Shown here one piece after another: positions 11,875-24,871 of a stretch of DNA of 45,043 nucleotides. Below the pieces are notes generated by a model, which worked only from the letters and a program-made list of their open reading frames with translations, searched no databases and was not told the origin of the DNA. Source of the stretch: Octopus bimaculoides (lineage: Eukaryota). A program made the translations under genes and the position numbers. Numbering within the stretch: position 1 is the stretch's first letter; each line of letters begins with the position of its first letter. Where the stretch lies: positions 7,672,372 to 7,717,414 of the forward strand of contig NC_068986.1 of assembly GCF_001194135.2 (NCBI RefSeq), written 5' to 3'.

Positions 11875-12053
11875 AGGTGCAGGCGTGGCTAGGTGGTAAG
11901 AAGCTTGCTTCCTAACCATATGCTTCCGGGTTCAGTCCTACTGCGTGCACGTTGGACAAGTCTGTGTTATAATACCTTGTGGCCAACAAAATCCTTGTGA
12001 GTGGATTTAGTAGACGGAAACTGAAAGACGCTTGTCGTGTATATATATATATA
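11875..12053 (+). mobile_element. tRNA-headed SINE family A, 5' half
   Basis: AGGTGCAGGCGTGGCTAGGTGGTAAG (A-box-like), GGGTTCAGTCCT (B-box-like), CCTTGTGAGTGGATTT.GTAGACGGAAACTGAAAG; matches the minus strand of 14995-15157. Confidence 0.9.
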
Positions 12054-12055
12054 TA

Positions 12056-12381
12056 TCGGTTCTTTTCCCCTCTTTATATATTTATTTATATATTCTATAT
12101 TACACACACCATTTTCTTTAAACAGAACTGATGTGATTACGTAGTTTAAGATACCATTATGAGGAAAAACCAAGGAGAGTTTTTTCAAATGCTTTTCATC
12201 CTATATTTGACTTTGCGGCTATATTAAGATTAAAAAACGGCATATACAGAAAGAAATTTAAAAATAATTAAGGGATTAGGAAATTCAAAAAGTATATATA
12301 TCATGTGACAACAGAAACAGAAATAGAAATAAGATTCAAGTCCCAACTAAAATTTGTTATTGATGATTTGAATCTTTATTC

Positions 12382-12435
<54 letters not shown>

Positions 12436-12460
12436 ATGTGTGTGTGCATGTGTGTGTGTA

Positions 12461-12491
<31 letters not shown>

Positions 12492-12720
12492 GTCCATTTT
12501 GAATTACCTAGTTCCTTAATTATCTTTAAAATTCTTTCTGTATATGCTGTTTTTTAATCTTAAAATAGCCGTAAAGTCAAATATAGGATGAAAAGCAATT
12601 GAAAAAACTGTCCTTGGTTTTTCGTCATAATGGTATCTTAAACTACGTAATCACATCAGTTCTTGTTTGAAGGAAATAGTGTGTGTAATAGAGAGTATAT
12701 AAAGAGGGGAAAAGAACCGA
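12056..12720. mobile_element. Fold-back/MITE with about 225-235-bp inverted arms and TA target duplication
   Basis: TA|TCGGTTCTTTTCCCCTCTTT...AAAGAGGGGAAAAGAACCGA|TA; arms 12056-12290 and 12497-12720 about 90% identical by eye; spacer holds a (TA)n(TG)n tract. Confidence 0.9.
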
Positions 12721-13959
12721 TAAGTCTATAAATCACCAAAAGAAACTGGACAGTATTTGGAAGCATCGATTGCTAAAGATGATATAATTTGGTAAATTTT
12801 GTTGGTAGGCGCCATGGAAACTAGAATTATGTTAGGATGGAGCTTCAGTGGAAAGAAAACGACCGCGGTTAAGATGAATAGATAAACAAAGTAAAGAGCA
12901 CGAGTGGGTTGTCATTGAAGAACCATCTTTAGGGTAATGAGAAGAACCGACAAGACAAGAGAAGGAGTATCTATAAAACCTCTGAGAACTTGAAACTGAT
13001 TTGCGTACAGAGAAAAGAAAAAGGGAGGAAAAGAGAGAGAGTGAGAGAGAAAATAAGGAAGGGGAGGAAAGAGAGAATTTGATGTTTCTATTTAGTGGAG
13101 CAATAATACAAAGTTCCCCTCCACACACACACACACACGTACATTCACCCTCATTGAGTCGCAATATTTCTGTTATCTTTCTCATTGGCTATGTTTATCC
13201 AATAATCGACGAAAGCAATAATATGAAATATGGGATGGAATATGAACACGCCCCGCCGAAGCAACTTTTAAGCAACACTCTAAAGACGTGCATCTGATTC
13301 TTTGGTCGGCAATGGCCATTAGTGTAAGCCATCGACTAACATGTTAACCGATCGCCGATAATACTAGTTATAACTCATGATTTTCATTGCCAACGAATCC
13401 TAACTTTTTAAAGGGAGAAATTGTTTATTATACAAAGTATTTTTAAGATTAAATATATTCTATACGAAATGCAAAGGTTATGATTGAAAGCTTGTAATTA
13501 TATAAAATAAATACCAATTACTAGCAGATAAGGCTTTAACAGATCATTTCTAATGCTAATACCACAGCATCTGCTATTATGAATATCTTACATTTATAAT
13601 TCTTCCAGTGAAACCACGCTGAGGCGATAAACGTCCGTCTATTCGTCATCCATATTACTCCATGATTTCCTACTCTTTCTCAACTTCCTTGCATCGTTGG
13701 CTTTTCTTTCCGGGACACGAAACTATCATTAACTGTATTGAACACCATTCCACAGTGTTTACAATTGCCAATTATACAGCAATGAATTGACTAAAACTCA
13801 CAACAGTATCAAGTAAGAATTCTCAGCAGGTATATTGATTCATTTCCATTAAAATTTAATAAATGCTTCCAGATAGCACCGGATATATTTTCGAGAAAGA
13901 TAGATTTTCGTTCAGGATTTCCGACCTCTCTCGCATATATTCTACAATGAAAAAATCCT

Positions 13960-14172
<213 letters not shown>

Positions 14173-14744
14173 CAGGGATGGGGAAGAGAGAGGAAGAGGA
14201 TTACACTTAAATATGCATAAGTGCACTACGCTCTGCATGATAGAATTTGAAAATTAAAATTCAGGAAAAACTGCATCAGCTCATTAAATATTCTACATTA
14301 AATATGTCCACACATGAATACATGTGCTACTTTGGAAGTATAATCTTCCCTTTTGGATGACCTAAGACCTCTACCAATTTACATATGAGAATATTTTAAC
14401 CTACTGCACTGGAACATGGCGTAGTATCTGTTTCATACAGATTGGTGAGAACTGCATAAATAAGCATTTAAATCATGGCCCTGGCATGGATCATTGTCTA
14501 AGTGAGTGCAATCGATATTATCTCAGATAGTAGACTCCTTAGTGATGGGGCATTCACTGTTCTGCAATCTGCTAAATGTTATAAGCATTTCTGAATTCAT
14601 ACGACATATTTCAAGTTAGTTTCCTTTTCCGTGCTAAAATGTCCTTCCGAACAAATACGTGGGTGTGATTCAGTCAAACCATATTATATTATTATCATTT
14701 TGGTACTCTTCTAGCTTACACGCATAGTTTGATCGTTTTATGTT

Positions 14745-15157
14745 TTGTTTACTCTTTTACTTGTTTCAGTCATTTGACTGCGGCCATGCTGGAGCACCAC
14801 CTTTAGTCGAGCAAATCAACCCCGGGACTTATTCTTTGTAAGCCTAGTACTTATTCTATCGGTGTCTTTTGCCGAACCGCTAAGTTTCGGGGACGTAAAC
14901 ACACCAGCATCGGTTGTCAAGCAATGCTAAGGGGACAAACACAGACACAAACACACACACACACATATATATACATATATATATACATATATACGACGGG
15001 CTTCTTTCAGTTTCCGTCTACCAAATCCACTCACAAGGCTTTGGTCGGCCCGAGGCTATAGTAGAAGATACTTGCCCAAGATGCCACGCAGTGGGACTGA
15101 ACCCGGAACCATGTGGTTGGTAAGCAAGCTACTTACCACACAGCCACTCCTGCGCCT
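14745..15157 (-). mobile_element. Near-complete tRNA-headed SINE family A (head, internal microsatellite, tail)
   Basis: Minus strand AGGCGCAGGAGTGGCTGTGTGGTAAG (A box), GGTTCAGTCCC (B box), TTGGGCAAGTATCTT (CORE-like), internal (TA/TG)n, A-rich tail; homologues at 5808, 11875, 42985. Confidence 0.92.
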
Positions 15158-15443
15158 GTTTATGCATTATTTCTATTCCAGATCATCGTATTTATCGCAA
15201 AACCATTGAACCTGCATCTATAAAGTTCTTCTCCAATGCATATGTCTAGGCAACTTTTATAGGCAACTATTATAGGAGACCAGCAGTTTCATTTATAAGG
15301 TTCTCTCCACGATGCCAAACAAGATCAAGAAAATGACAAGCACTGTGAAGATTTGATGCCAGTGTCATCGTAAACTTTGCTGTCAGGAAGCAAAATGACG
15401 GAACAGATATTGCAAGGCAACTATTCCGCCAACTCATTATGAT

Positions 15444-15484
15444 GTTACTTTATTTATCGACCCCGAATGACGAAGCGCAAAGTA
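15444..15484 (-). mobile_element. SINE family C fragment
   Basis: Minus strand TTTGCGCTTCGTCATTCGGGGTCGATAAATAAAGTAAC. Confidence 0.5.
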
Positions 15485-17813
15485 ACAGTGTTTTCTTTAT
15501 CCTGATCATTTTTATGTTATTTTTCTTTAACCTTTGCAGCTATAGCTTTAACAATATTGTACTTGGATATATTCCGTAACCTAGGCGTCAATAATTAAAT
15601 ATAAAATTATTCTACACATTTTCTATTATCCTTGTTATATCACCACTATTCTTACCGTATATCAAGAATTAAAATGAACAAAATCAATATTCATCACTAT
15701 TATCTTATGGGTCAGTACACAGTTATACTTGTTTTTAATGAAGCTGCGCCCACCATTTTAATTTAAGGTGATTTTATATATTTCTACACTGACATAATGT
15801 CAGGAATTTATGCAGTAAATCAGAACTAAAATTATCATGTTTTCCCAAGGGTCTTACCAACAAAAGAGAAGCAATTCTGGGAATAGGAATTAGGTTCAGT
15901 TCTTTGTTTCGAATAAATAACCACCAGATTAGTATGACAATGAACAACAAATCGCTTACGAAATTCAAAATACTGATTCTTATAGAATAAAATATCTGCT
16001 AACTTTCAAGATAATTAGAGCATCTCTATAGATTTCGTATTTGAATAGCAGCATATTCTTTGTCTTTTCAGAGTATCCTTAGGGTTCATAGAATCTGAAA
16101 CACGAATTTAATGTGTATAAAGTTTTAACCTAAAAGCAGATAACCGTAAATTTGATATATTTATGAGTCTTGCTGCAGAAATCATAACAAGAAACCATTT
16201 AGAGCATTTGTTATTTCTATTGATTCTTGAAATTGAATGTATTCAACCTGCTTAATTGTATTCAAGCAGAATTGAATTGAAACGTTTTCAATAGTCATAT
16301 AATCTAATACCTTTCCGGTATACACCAGCATTATGCATATATCGCCTATACAACTTGTTTCTCTCTATACTAGTATCACAATATCAGAATATTCAATACA
16401 CAATTGCTGTGGAGTATAGCCGGTAGAATTCTGTTTCAGTAATTATAGACGGACAAAAACAGACAAATCACTCGAAGTATAACGTTTAAGCAAATTCATT
16501 TAGACCTTATCAGAAAGATATGGTCTTCAGTTGGTTGATGACAAGAAACCATTCAAAATGCATATCAGGATCAAATCTAAACTTAATATTTATTCCTATA
16601 CTTAAAGAATTAATGCAGATAAAGATCTAAAATTGTTAGAAATCCCGAATATTGGAGTAAAATTGAAAACACATACGCAGTTATACAAACACACACAACA
16701 CAAGCATAAATATGGAATTATGGGTCCACGTGTCACGATATATAACAACCTGGAAAATGTAGTTTTTACAGCCAAGAAAAGATCAGTTAATTCACTTTAA
16801 AAAATAATATGGAAAAGAAAAAGAATGTGAGATTTTACTCGCATCTATAACTATGGAACATTTGTTTCTTAGTTATAAACTGCATTATTTCTTCTAAAAA
16901 AATTCTAATAAATTGAAAAGTCATATATACATATCTGTACAAAAACATACCAATACATACACGATGTATTTGTGTGTCTATGTATGAAGCGGTCCTAAAG
17001 CACAATAAATAACCATACATATTAGACATCAATTTATCACATCATATTAAACTCCGAAAATTCACAAGCTAAATACATTTCCACGAACAGTGTGGCCTAT
17101 AATGTGGAATAAGCGATAATGGATGAAAGAATCAAAACATGTTTGAAAGAATAAAGGAAAACAATTCTCACAGATGTTTCAATAATTCTTAGGTAATATT
17201 TTAATAAAACCTACCATAGTTATATGATTATAACATAATTATACAGAAACCGCAGAACATATTATCAAAGAATATTTTTTTTATGTACGACTTCTAAACA
17301 ATAAAATGGTCCAAACATAGAGAAGAATATAGAAGGAAAAGAGAAGCAAGCTGGAGTTAAAGAGAAGAAGAAAATAAAGAAATAGTAAAAAGCAAAAGAT
17401 AAAAAATATATACTAATGACAACAAAAACAGCAACAAAAAATAAGAAATAAAGACGAATATTAAAGGTTCTGTAGGTCTCCACCGGAAGAATATAGATTA
17501 TAAATTATTAATATTCTGACTACATGGATGTCACTAGGCTTCACTGTCATGTCTGTCAAAGCGTTTGTAGAGTCGTTTGGCTATATACTAGAATATAACA
17601 GCAATATACTGGACATAAAGCAATATACGAGACTATAACAAATAACAATATTCGGAATACGAAACATTAAACTGCATTATTAGAAATCACAGAAGTACAA
17701 TGTAGACAACATTCAATGTAGACGACTATACGAATCTATATTAACACACGCTCGCACACACACACACACACACACGACAGAGGCATTATCATTCATGTTA
17801 ACAGATATGAGTG

Positions 17814-17831
17814 TCTATCTATCTATCTATC

Positions 17832-17898
<67 letters not shown>

Positions 17899-17899
17899 A
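17814..17899. repeat. (TCTA)n microsatellite
   Basis: Direct inspection. Confidence 0.95.
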
Positions 17900-18715
17900 T
17901 ACTGACATGACAGAAGTAAATAGACATTCCATAAAACATCGTTTCATGTTTATTCCAACTTGTAAAGACTTATATTTTTTAATAACATTTTTGTTACAAG
18001 TTCTCTATGTGACTGTTTCATCATGCCATGCATAAAAGCAGTCTTGGAACTGTTTGAATTTCAAATACGTCGTTTTGTGGGTCATTCTGAATGTGGACAT
18101 AATGAGTTTAAAATCGCAGAAAACCTTGCGATCCTGCTTCCTACAGTCAATATAGTGAGTGTGCAATTCACCAGAGTGGGGAGGAAGGCCACATCACCTT
18201 GATCAGATCAACCAGAGCCCTCTGACAGGACCTTTTGCTTTGTTAAAAGAAGTGTGGAGGATAATCTTCGCAGTAAGTCCTCTGACAAAGCTCAACAAGT
18301 TGGCGTCAGTCCCAGAACATCTAACCGGTATCCCCACAACCTTGTTTCTATGGCAGAGCTGCAAGATAGAAGCCACTTCTTCGACCAGCCAACATCAAGT
18401 GGAACAAAGATTGGGCCAGTGAGATGGTAGAGAGGCCATTAGCATTTTGGGACACTGTCATATTCTCTGATGAGCCCAGATTTGCTGTATTTTCTGAAAG
18501 TGGTCGAGTGTGGGTCTGGAGACTGTGATCAAGAATTCGATGTGGAAAGATTGTAGCCCAAAATGAAACACGACAGCTATCCTGTGTTGGTCTGAGGAGC
18601 AATTTGTAGCAATGTTTGATCAGAGCCACACACTGATTGGTCAGAATACAGTTTGGAAAACTTAACATTCCGGAGTCTATACAAAATGTATTTAAGGCAA
18701 CCATTTTAGCCATCT
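17900..18715 (+). mobile_element. Tc1-like transposon remnant
   Basis: Across frameshifts: GRP..., YGRAAR.KPLLRPANIK..KDWASEMVERPLAFWDTVIFSDEPRFAVFSESGRVWVWR, KHDS..VLV*GAI; the central DDE part is missing. A TIR-like start lies near 17900; the right TIR was not seen. Confidence 0.85.
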
Positions 18716-18851
18716 CACTACAGTCTTAAATTGTATGGCATAACTGTCACCGCTACTACACGAACCTGAAGATTGCATAGTTTAATGCATGAAAGTACTA
18801 GTTCAATCAGAATGAACAGTTAATATTCTATCATTTTATTATATTTTATTA

Positions 18852-19254
18852 CTAGCTCAAAGCCACCCTATCAAGCGGCTTTTCAGCTAGCTCCTGTGGA
18901 GAGCTCTTCATTGGCCTTTGGGCTCAACAATGACGCTTCATGCATTGAGTACATATTGAATTTAATTAAACTTGAACAATATTTTTCGAGCAATGAAAAA
19001 TTTTCATCAAAACAATGATATAATTTGTCGACTTGGAACTTATTGCAAAGCTGCAGGATAAACAAAATTTTTTGTCTTCCCATTCGGGGTAAGTACAAAT
19101 ACATTGTTTCCATTCTCTCCCCTTGAAAAACCAATATATAGCTGGTCGTAGGCAACAATAAACTTACCTTTTAAAAGTTCAATGATTATTCGTCTGCCGT
19201 CACTTACTTTAAAGACAATTTGATGTACGTAGTGCCTTACTTTTCCTACAAACA
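18852..19254 (-). mobile_element. Helitron 3' end: helicase C-terminus, hairpin and CTAG terminus
   Basis: DQLYIGFSRGENGNNVFVLTPNGKTKNFVYPAALQ* (19147-19040) matches the Helitron Pif1 end GQLYVA.SRV...NL.V..PNGKTKN.VY..L; hairpin AAAGCCGC-ttgatagg-GTGGCTTT (18882-18859); CTAG|T at 18855-18851. Confidence 0.8.
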
Positions 19255-19380
19255 GTTATTCGTAGTAGCTGGTACGTATCTAGACTCCTGTTCGTAGTTT
19301 GAAGGAAAATTACACCACCGTCGCTAACAATTGTTTTAGAGTGCGATTTTTATGGTTTGAAATTGCTCTAAATGTATATG

Positions 19381-19568
19381 ATCATAAAGGTGTTTGAAAT
19401 TTAGTATTTTTTAGTATTTTTTAAGGTAATGATAAAATTAGTCGAATCTGTTTTCATGCAGTCGGAGTGCGCTAAGTTTCCATAGCTCAGACGGTCGACG
19501 GCATGAAAATAGTTCGACAAATTTTATTAATATCTGAAAAAATACTAAGTTTCGAACATTTTTATGAT
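19381..19568. repeat. About 190-bp palindromic element
   Basis: 19381-19459 pairs with 19501-19568 (ATCATAAA..TGTT.GAAA.TTAGTATTTT...GTCGAA.CT.TTTTCATGC). Confidence 0.85.
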
Positions 19569-20385
19569 AGAGAGTTATGAGAGGTAATATTATATGAGAG
19601 AGTGAGTTCGATACGTATTTCAGTTCCGAAAGTTATGAAGCACGTGTTATGGTTAAATTACTTGATACAGTTATATTTAGAGAAAGATTTTTTTCAAAAA
19701 TGAATAGTGAGAGAGGGGTAAAGTATGAGGAATAGTAGAAGTGTCATCGAATAATGAGAGAAGGGGTCGGAGGAATAAAGTTGAACATGTATGACACACT
19801 GACACACTGACATTCGCTTTCGCATCTATTATTATAGATATTATATTATTGCAAGATTGTAAATAAATCGTGAAAATCAAAGTTGGAATTCCTTTGATTA
19901 ATATATTCTTCTATACACATTCATACACCCTCGTGTGTGTGTGTATATATATATATATGTTGAGAGAGATAGAGATAGAGAGACAGAAATATANNNNNNN
20001 NNNNNNNNNNNNNNNNNNNNNNNNNNNNNNNNNNNNNNNNNNNNNNNNNNNNNNNNNNNNNNNNNNNNNNNNNNNNNNNNNNNNNNNNNNNNNNNNNNNN
20101 NNNNNNNNNNNNNNNNNNNNNNNNNNNNNNNNNNNNNNNNNNNNNNNNNNNNNNNNNNNNNNNNNNNNNNNNNNNNNNNNNNNNNNNNNNNNNNNNNNNN
20201 NNNNNNNNNNNNNNNNNNNNNNNNNNNNNNNNNNNNNNNNNNNNNNNNNNNNNNNNNNNNNNNNNNNNNNNNNNNNNNNNNNNNNNNNNNNNNNNNNNNN
20301 NNNNNNNNNNNNNNNNNNNNNNGTGAAACATGAAGTCAATCATATTTATGGCAGATTCCTCTATGGCCACAGCCTCAGGATGAAA

Positions 20386-20430
<45 letters not shown>

Positions 20431-20432
<2 letters not shown>

Positions 20433-21637
20433 AGGCTCGGCTAAAAAGTTCATGGAATGTGACCATATGAGGTTTATTTTTTGACAGTCTCCCTTGCGGT
20501 CCATACACTTCCTCAATCAGTGTAGCGGTTCTTGGATCCCATTGATGAAAAGCTTTCATCTTTTTGCTAAAAAAGCTACCAACAGTATCTACGATACCAG
20601 CATCATTATGATGCTGGCTCGCAGCCAAGTATACTTGCACGTCGGGAGACAGATGTGGCCAAATTACAAGAAAAAGGAGGGGGGATCAAACAGTTCAAAG
20701 CCATAGTCACGCCCAACAACCATTGAAAGCAAGGACTTGTGTGCTGGAGCATTATCTTGATGAAACAATACTACTTCTGCCAGTTTTTCTGTGTATTTGG
20801 TCTTGATAGCTTTTCTTAACTGCCTCCACAAGTTGGCATAGTTCTCTCCATTGGTGGTGAGGCTCTTTTGAAGGAAGTCAATAAATACAAAGTCTTTTGC
20901 ATCTCAAACCTGAGGATCACCTTCTCTGCAAATGAAACAGTGTTGGCTCTCTTTGAAGCAAGTAAGGCGGGATGTATCTGCCGCATAGATTGTCACTTTG
21001 TCTCTGGCTCAAAGTGATGAACTCAACGCTCATTCTTTCATCCTGTGTTGGGAAACCAGCTGGATTTGACTGAGACAATCAGCCTGGTGCATTTTTGATC
21101 AGGTGTTAGAAAACGTGGGGAACTTTTTTCATGCCAAGTTCATTCTTCAGAATATTCACAACTTCCTCACAAGATATGCTAAAATCATTGGCTATTTGAT
21201 TTATAGTGAATCGCCTGTCATCCATCAGCATGTGGTGAACACGGTCATTATTTTCCTCGGTGGTGGCAGGTGCAGGACGTCCAGAGCCTGGATCATCTTC
21301 CAGGCTTTCCCTTCCCCTCCTTAGTTCAGCAGCCCGATTTTTCTCTGTTGATGAAACTGGATCGTCATCCCCTAATGTAACAACTATGTCAGTATGAATG
21401 TTCTTCGGGGTTAAACGCTTTGCCTGCAAGTACTTGACAACACCACGATGCTAAATTTTGTCCATTTTCAAGAGAAGCCACAACTAGTTACTTTTGAAGT
21501 CTTCTTTGATCTGTCAGGTGTCAGGTTATCTGGAAGGAAACAATTTAGTTGCAGAGTTGAAATTAAGGCATACAAGATTTCACAGCTCCAGCATCACCCA
21601 TTCATAGTTAGCCTATGAGCTTTTCAACCCGCTCTTG
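20431..21637 (-). mobile_element. Mariner transposon (second family), both ends present, decayed
   Basis: Imperfect TIRs CGAGGCTCGGCTAAAAAGTTCATGG and CAAGAGCGGGTTGAAAAGCTCATAGG. Transposase from ATG at 21465: MDKI*HRGVVKYLQAKRLTPKNIHTDIVVTLGDDDP...ELRRGRESLEDDPGSGRP...DDRRFTINQIA; later FHQDNAPAHKS. Confidence 0.93.
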
Positions 21638-22161
21638 TAAACCGTAAAAATGTTTTGTGTTAATTGAGCATTGAAAAAGTGTTTCATATGGAATTAATCG
21701 AGTTTGGATGCAGTCACAATTATAAAATATGAAAGAAATCCAAAAGACCCAAATTGGATTTAAAATGCAAGCATATAATCGCTCAAATGTCGATTAATTT
21801 GTCACAAAAAGGATACGCTTGAAGAAGGTCATAAGTGAGTATTCAAGTACTCTCATTTGATTATCTCATGCATAAACCATGTGTGACTCCAACCACATTT
21901 TCCATAAAAGTAAGCTAAGTACAGTTAGCTAGGTATGGGTTAACAGTGTAAAATGACGTCCATAACTTGTCCAATTTCAGTGAGTGTCCACGTATGTTAT
22001 CATTGGTATAAATATGACTCAGTTTTTCAGAATCCCGTTACATGTCTCTTTTTGATTTATATTTTTGTACAGGTTTAGTTTAGGTAAGAATGTTTTTATG
22101 AAATGTTCTGTTGTCTTCCGGTACTTTGAGTCATTCCTTAGGCATTTGTATATACAGTCAT

Positions 22162-22232
22162 TCATACATACATACATACATACATACATACATACATACA
22201 TACAAACATACATACATATATACATACATATA

Positions 22233-22262
<30 letters not shown>
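22162..22262. repeat. (CATA)n microsatellite
   Basis: Direct inspection. Confidence 0.95.
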
Positions 22263-22263
<1 letters not shown>

Positions 22264-22862
22264 CTATATATGGATATATTGATGTTTGTTTTTATGCCAT
22301 AAGAAAACAATTTTACATTAAACTGAAGGATTACCCAATACATTTGGCAGAGTACAAATTTATCATTCTTTAACAGTACTATTCATTCCACTGTGGTGCA
22401 CACGAGTCCATCTTAGCCTTATATAGTCTTAATTAAGATAAAATTTTCTAGAGTATGCGATGGTCTGTTGAATGATAATTAGCTTGTATGTTAGGTTGTG
22501 GTGGCAAAGCGTTATAGGGAATTTTTATTGATTAAATTTGGGGTTGTGTTATTGTTGAGAATTTATTCATGCATGTAGAACTTTGTAATCAGGTGTGTAC
22601 GCTTATGTGTGTCATCTTCAGGTCACAGGGGTGCACACAAGAATGTAGTTAGGTTGAAGGTGTATGTTGATTAGCAGATGTGGCAGACTTTCGGCAATGA
22701 AATTTTTAAAGGTTCACAAGAGAATGGAAGTAGGTGGTAAAATTTAGTTTGTTGGCAAGCTGGTACTATTTAAGGTCTTTCACCTATTTGTATTGGAAGA
22801 GTATTGGTTTTATATATAAGTATATATAAATATGTGCGAGTATCTATACACACAAATTTTAC

Positions 22863-22867
<5 letters not shown>

Positions 22868-22930
<63 letters not shown>
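22868..22930. repeat. (CA)n microsatellite
   Basis: Direct inspection. Confidence 0.95.
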
Positions 22931-22932
<2 letters not shown>

Positions 22933-23340
22933 GTTGTTCCCTAAAACTTTATATAACCCATTAGAACTATTGAAGGTGGCCACGCAAAGATTTCAATAAT
23001 ACAAATTATTCCAGAGAACAACTGGAATTTAGAAAATACAGTCGATTAGCAAAGACAGTTTCAAAGAGTTTCAGACAGAATGAGTAGTATTTGAAACGTT
23101 TTGTCACAGTTTTTGAAAATGCACAAGCATGCCAAGAAATACCAAAACGAAATAATCCTTTATGTTTGCAGTTCTATTGCTTCAGGTAATTATCTGTGCC
23201 TTGACATGAATGGTTATCAGTTTGAAAACAGGCATTCATAATAATTTAAATTCTGTCTGTAAATTTTATAAAAGTTTGAAAATGAAATACATTTAAATAA
23301 ACAGAGACTTTTTAATTATTCATATGCTGATACATTCTTT

Positions 23341-24375
23341 TCCACTCTGTGCTTTGCTCTTCGCATCATCTTAGAGCAAAGCGCAGAGTGGATATTAATT
23401 TTATTGATTTCGAAAAAGCATTCGATAGTGTAGACAGGGAAGGCTTATGGAGAATTATGCAGCACTACGGCATACCAGGCAAGTATATATCTATAATAAG
23501 AGCAACTTACCAACAAATGTCATACCGAGTCTTGCATGGAAACGGAGCTACGGATAAATTCGAAGTAAAAACAGGAGTTCGACAGGGCTGTATACTTTCT
23601 CCCTTTTTATTTCTACTAGTTATAGATTGGATTATGAAGGAAACAACGGTTGAAAGCCAAACAGGCATTGAATGGGCGGATGCAGAAGCTCTAGAAGATC
23701 TCAACTTTGCAGATGATATCGCGCTACTTTCACAAACACATAGCCAAATGCAAAATAAAACGTCAAAATTAGAAGCAATAGCTGCCAAACTAGGGTTGAA
23801 AGTCAACCGCGACAAATCAAAAATTATGCGCGTTTATGAAGAAAACAGTGAACGTATTAAACTAGAAATCGGTGAACTAGAGGACGTAGCCGAATTTACG
23901 TACTTGGGTAGTAAGATAACGTTCTCAGGCGGCACCGACGAAGATACTAAGATGATAATAAGTAAGGCAAGGACCGCTTTCCACCTGTTAAAAAAACTAT
24001 GGAGCGCAAATGTAATTTCAATAAAGAACAAAATAAGAATTTTTAACACTAACGTAAAAGCGGTGTTATTGTATGGGGCTGAGACATGGCGAACAACAAT
24101 TAAGTCAAATAAGCAAATACAATCATTCATCAACAGGTGCTTGCGTAGTATACTTAAAATCAGATGGCCTGAACACATAAGAAATATGGAGATATGGCAA
24201 AGAACCAATCAAGTTTCGATTAGGGAGCAAATATTTAAGAGAAAGTGGAAGTGGATTGGTAGCACAATTAGAATGCACACACCAAATGCAGCGAAAAGTG
24301 CTTTACAGTGGAATCCGGATGGGCCTAAGAACTCATGGCGTAGATCAACACAAAAGGAACTAGAGAAAGGGGGAC
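23341..24375 (+). mobile_element. 5'-truncated RTE-clade LINE (SR2-like) reverse transcriptase; open frame of about 330 codons running into a gap
   Basis: LRIILEQSAEW, INFIDFEKAFDSV, GVRQGCILSPFLF, LEDLNFADDIALL, LGLKVNRDKSK, FTYLGSKI, VKAVLLYGAETW, FINRCLRSILKIRW, WKWIGSTIR; no stop from about 23394 to the gap at 24376. Confidence 0.97.
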
Positions 24376-24836
24376 NNNNNNNNNNNNNNNNNNNNNNNNN
24401 NNNNNNNNNNNNNNNNNNNNNNNNNNNNNNNNNNNNNNNNNNNNNNNNNNNNNNNNNNNNNNNNNNNNNNNNNNNNNNNNNNNNNNNNNNNNNNNNNNNN
24501 NNNNNNNNNNNNNNNNNNNNNNNNNNNNNNNNNNNNNNNNNNNNNNNNNNNNNNNNNNNNNNNNNNNNNNNNNNNNNNNNNNNNNNNNNNNNNNNNNNNN
24601 NNNNNNNNNNNNNNNNNNNNNNNNNNNNNNNNNNNNNNNNNNNNNNNNNNNNNNNNNNNNNNNNNNNNNNNNNNNNNNNNNNNNNNNNNNNNNNNNNNNN
24701 NNNNNNNNNNNNNNNNNNNNNNNNNNNNNNNNNNNNNNNNNNNNNNNNNNNNNNNNNNNNNNNNNNNNNNNNNNNNNNNNNNNNNNNNNNNNNNNNNNNN
24801 NNNNNNNNNNNNNNNNNNNNNNNNNNNNNNNNNNNN

Positions 24837-24871
<35 letters not shown>

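Noticed and set aside
12911-12994. Minus-strand terminal exon FQVLRGFIDTPSLVLSVLLITLKMVLQ*
   Set aside because: The acceptor tract is a CT-rich low-complexity run and the hydrophobic peptide could be chance.
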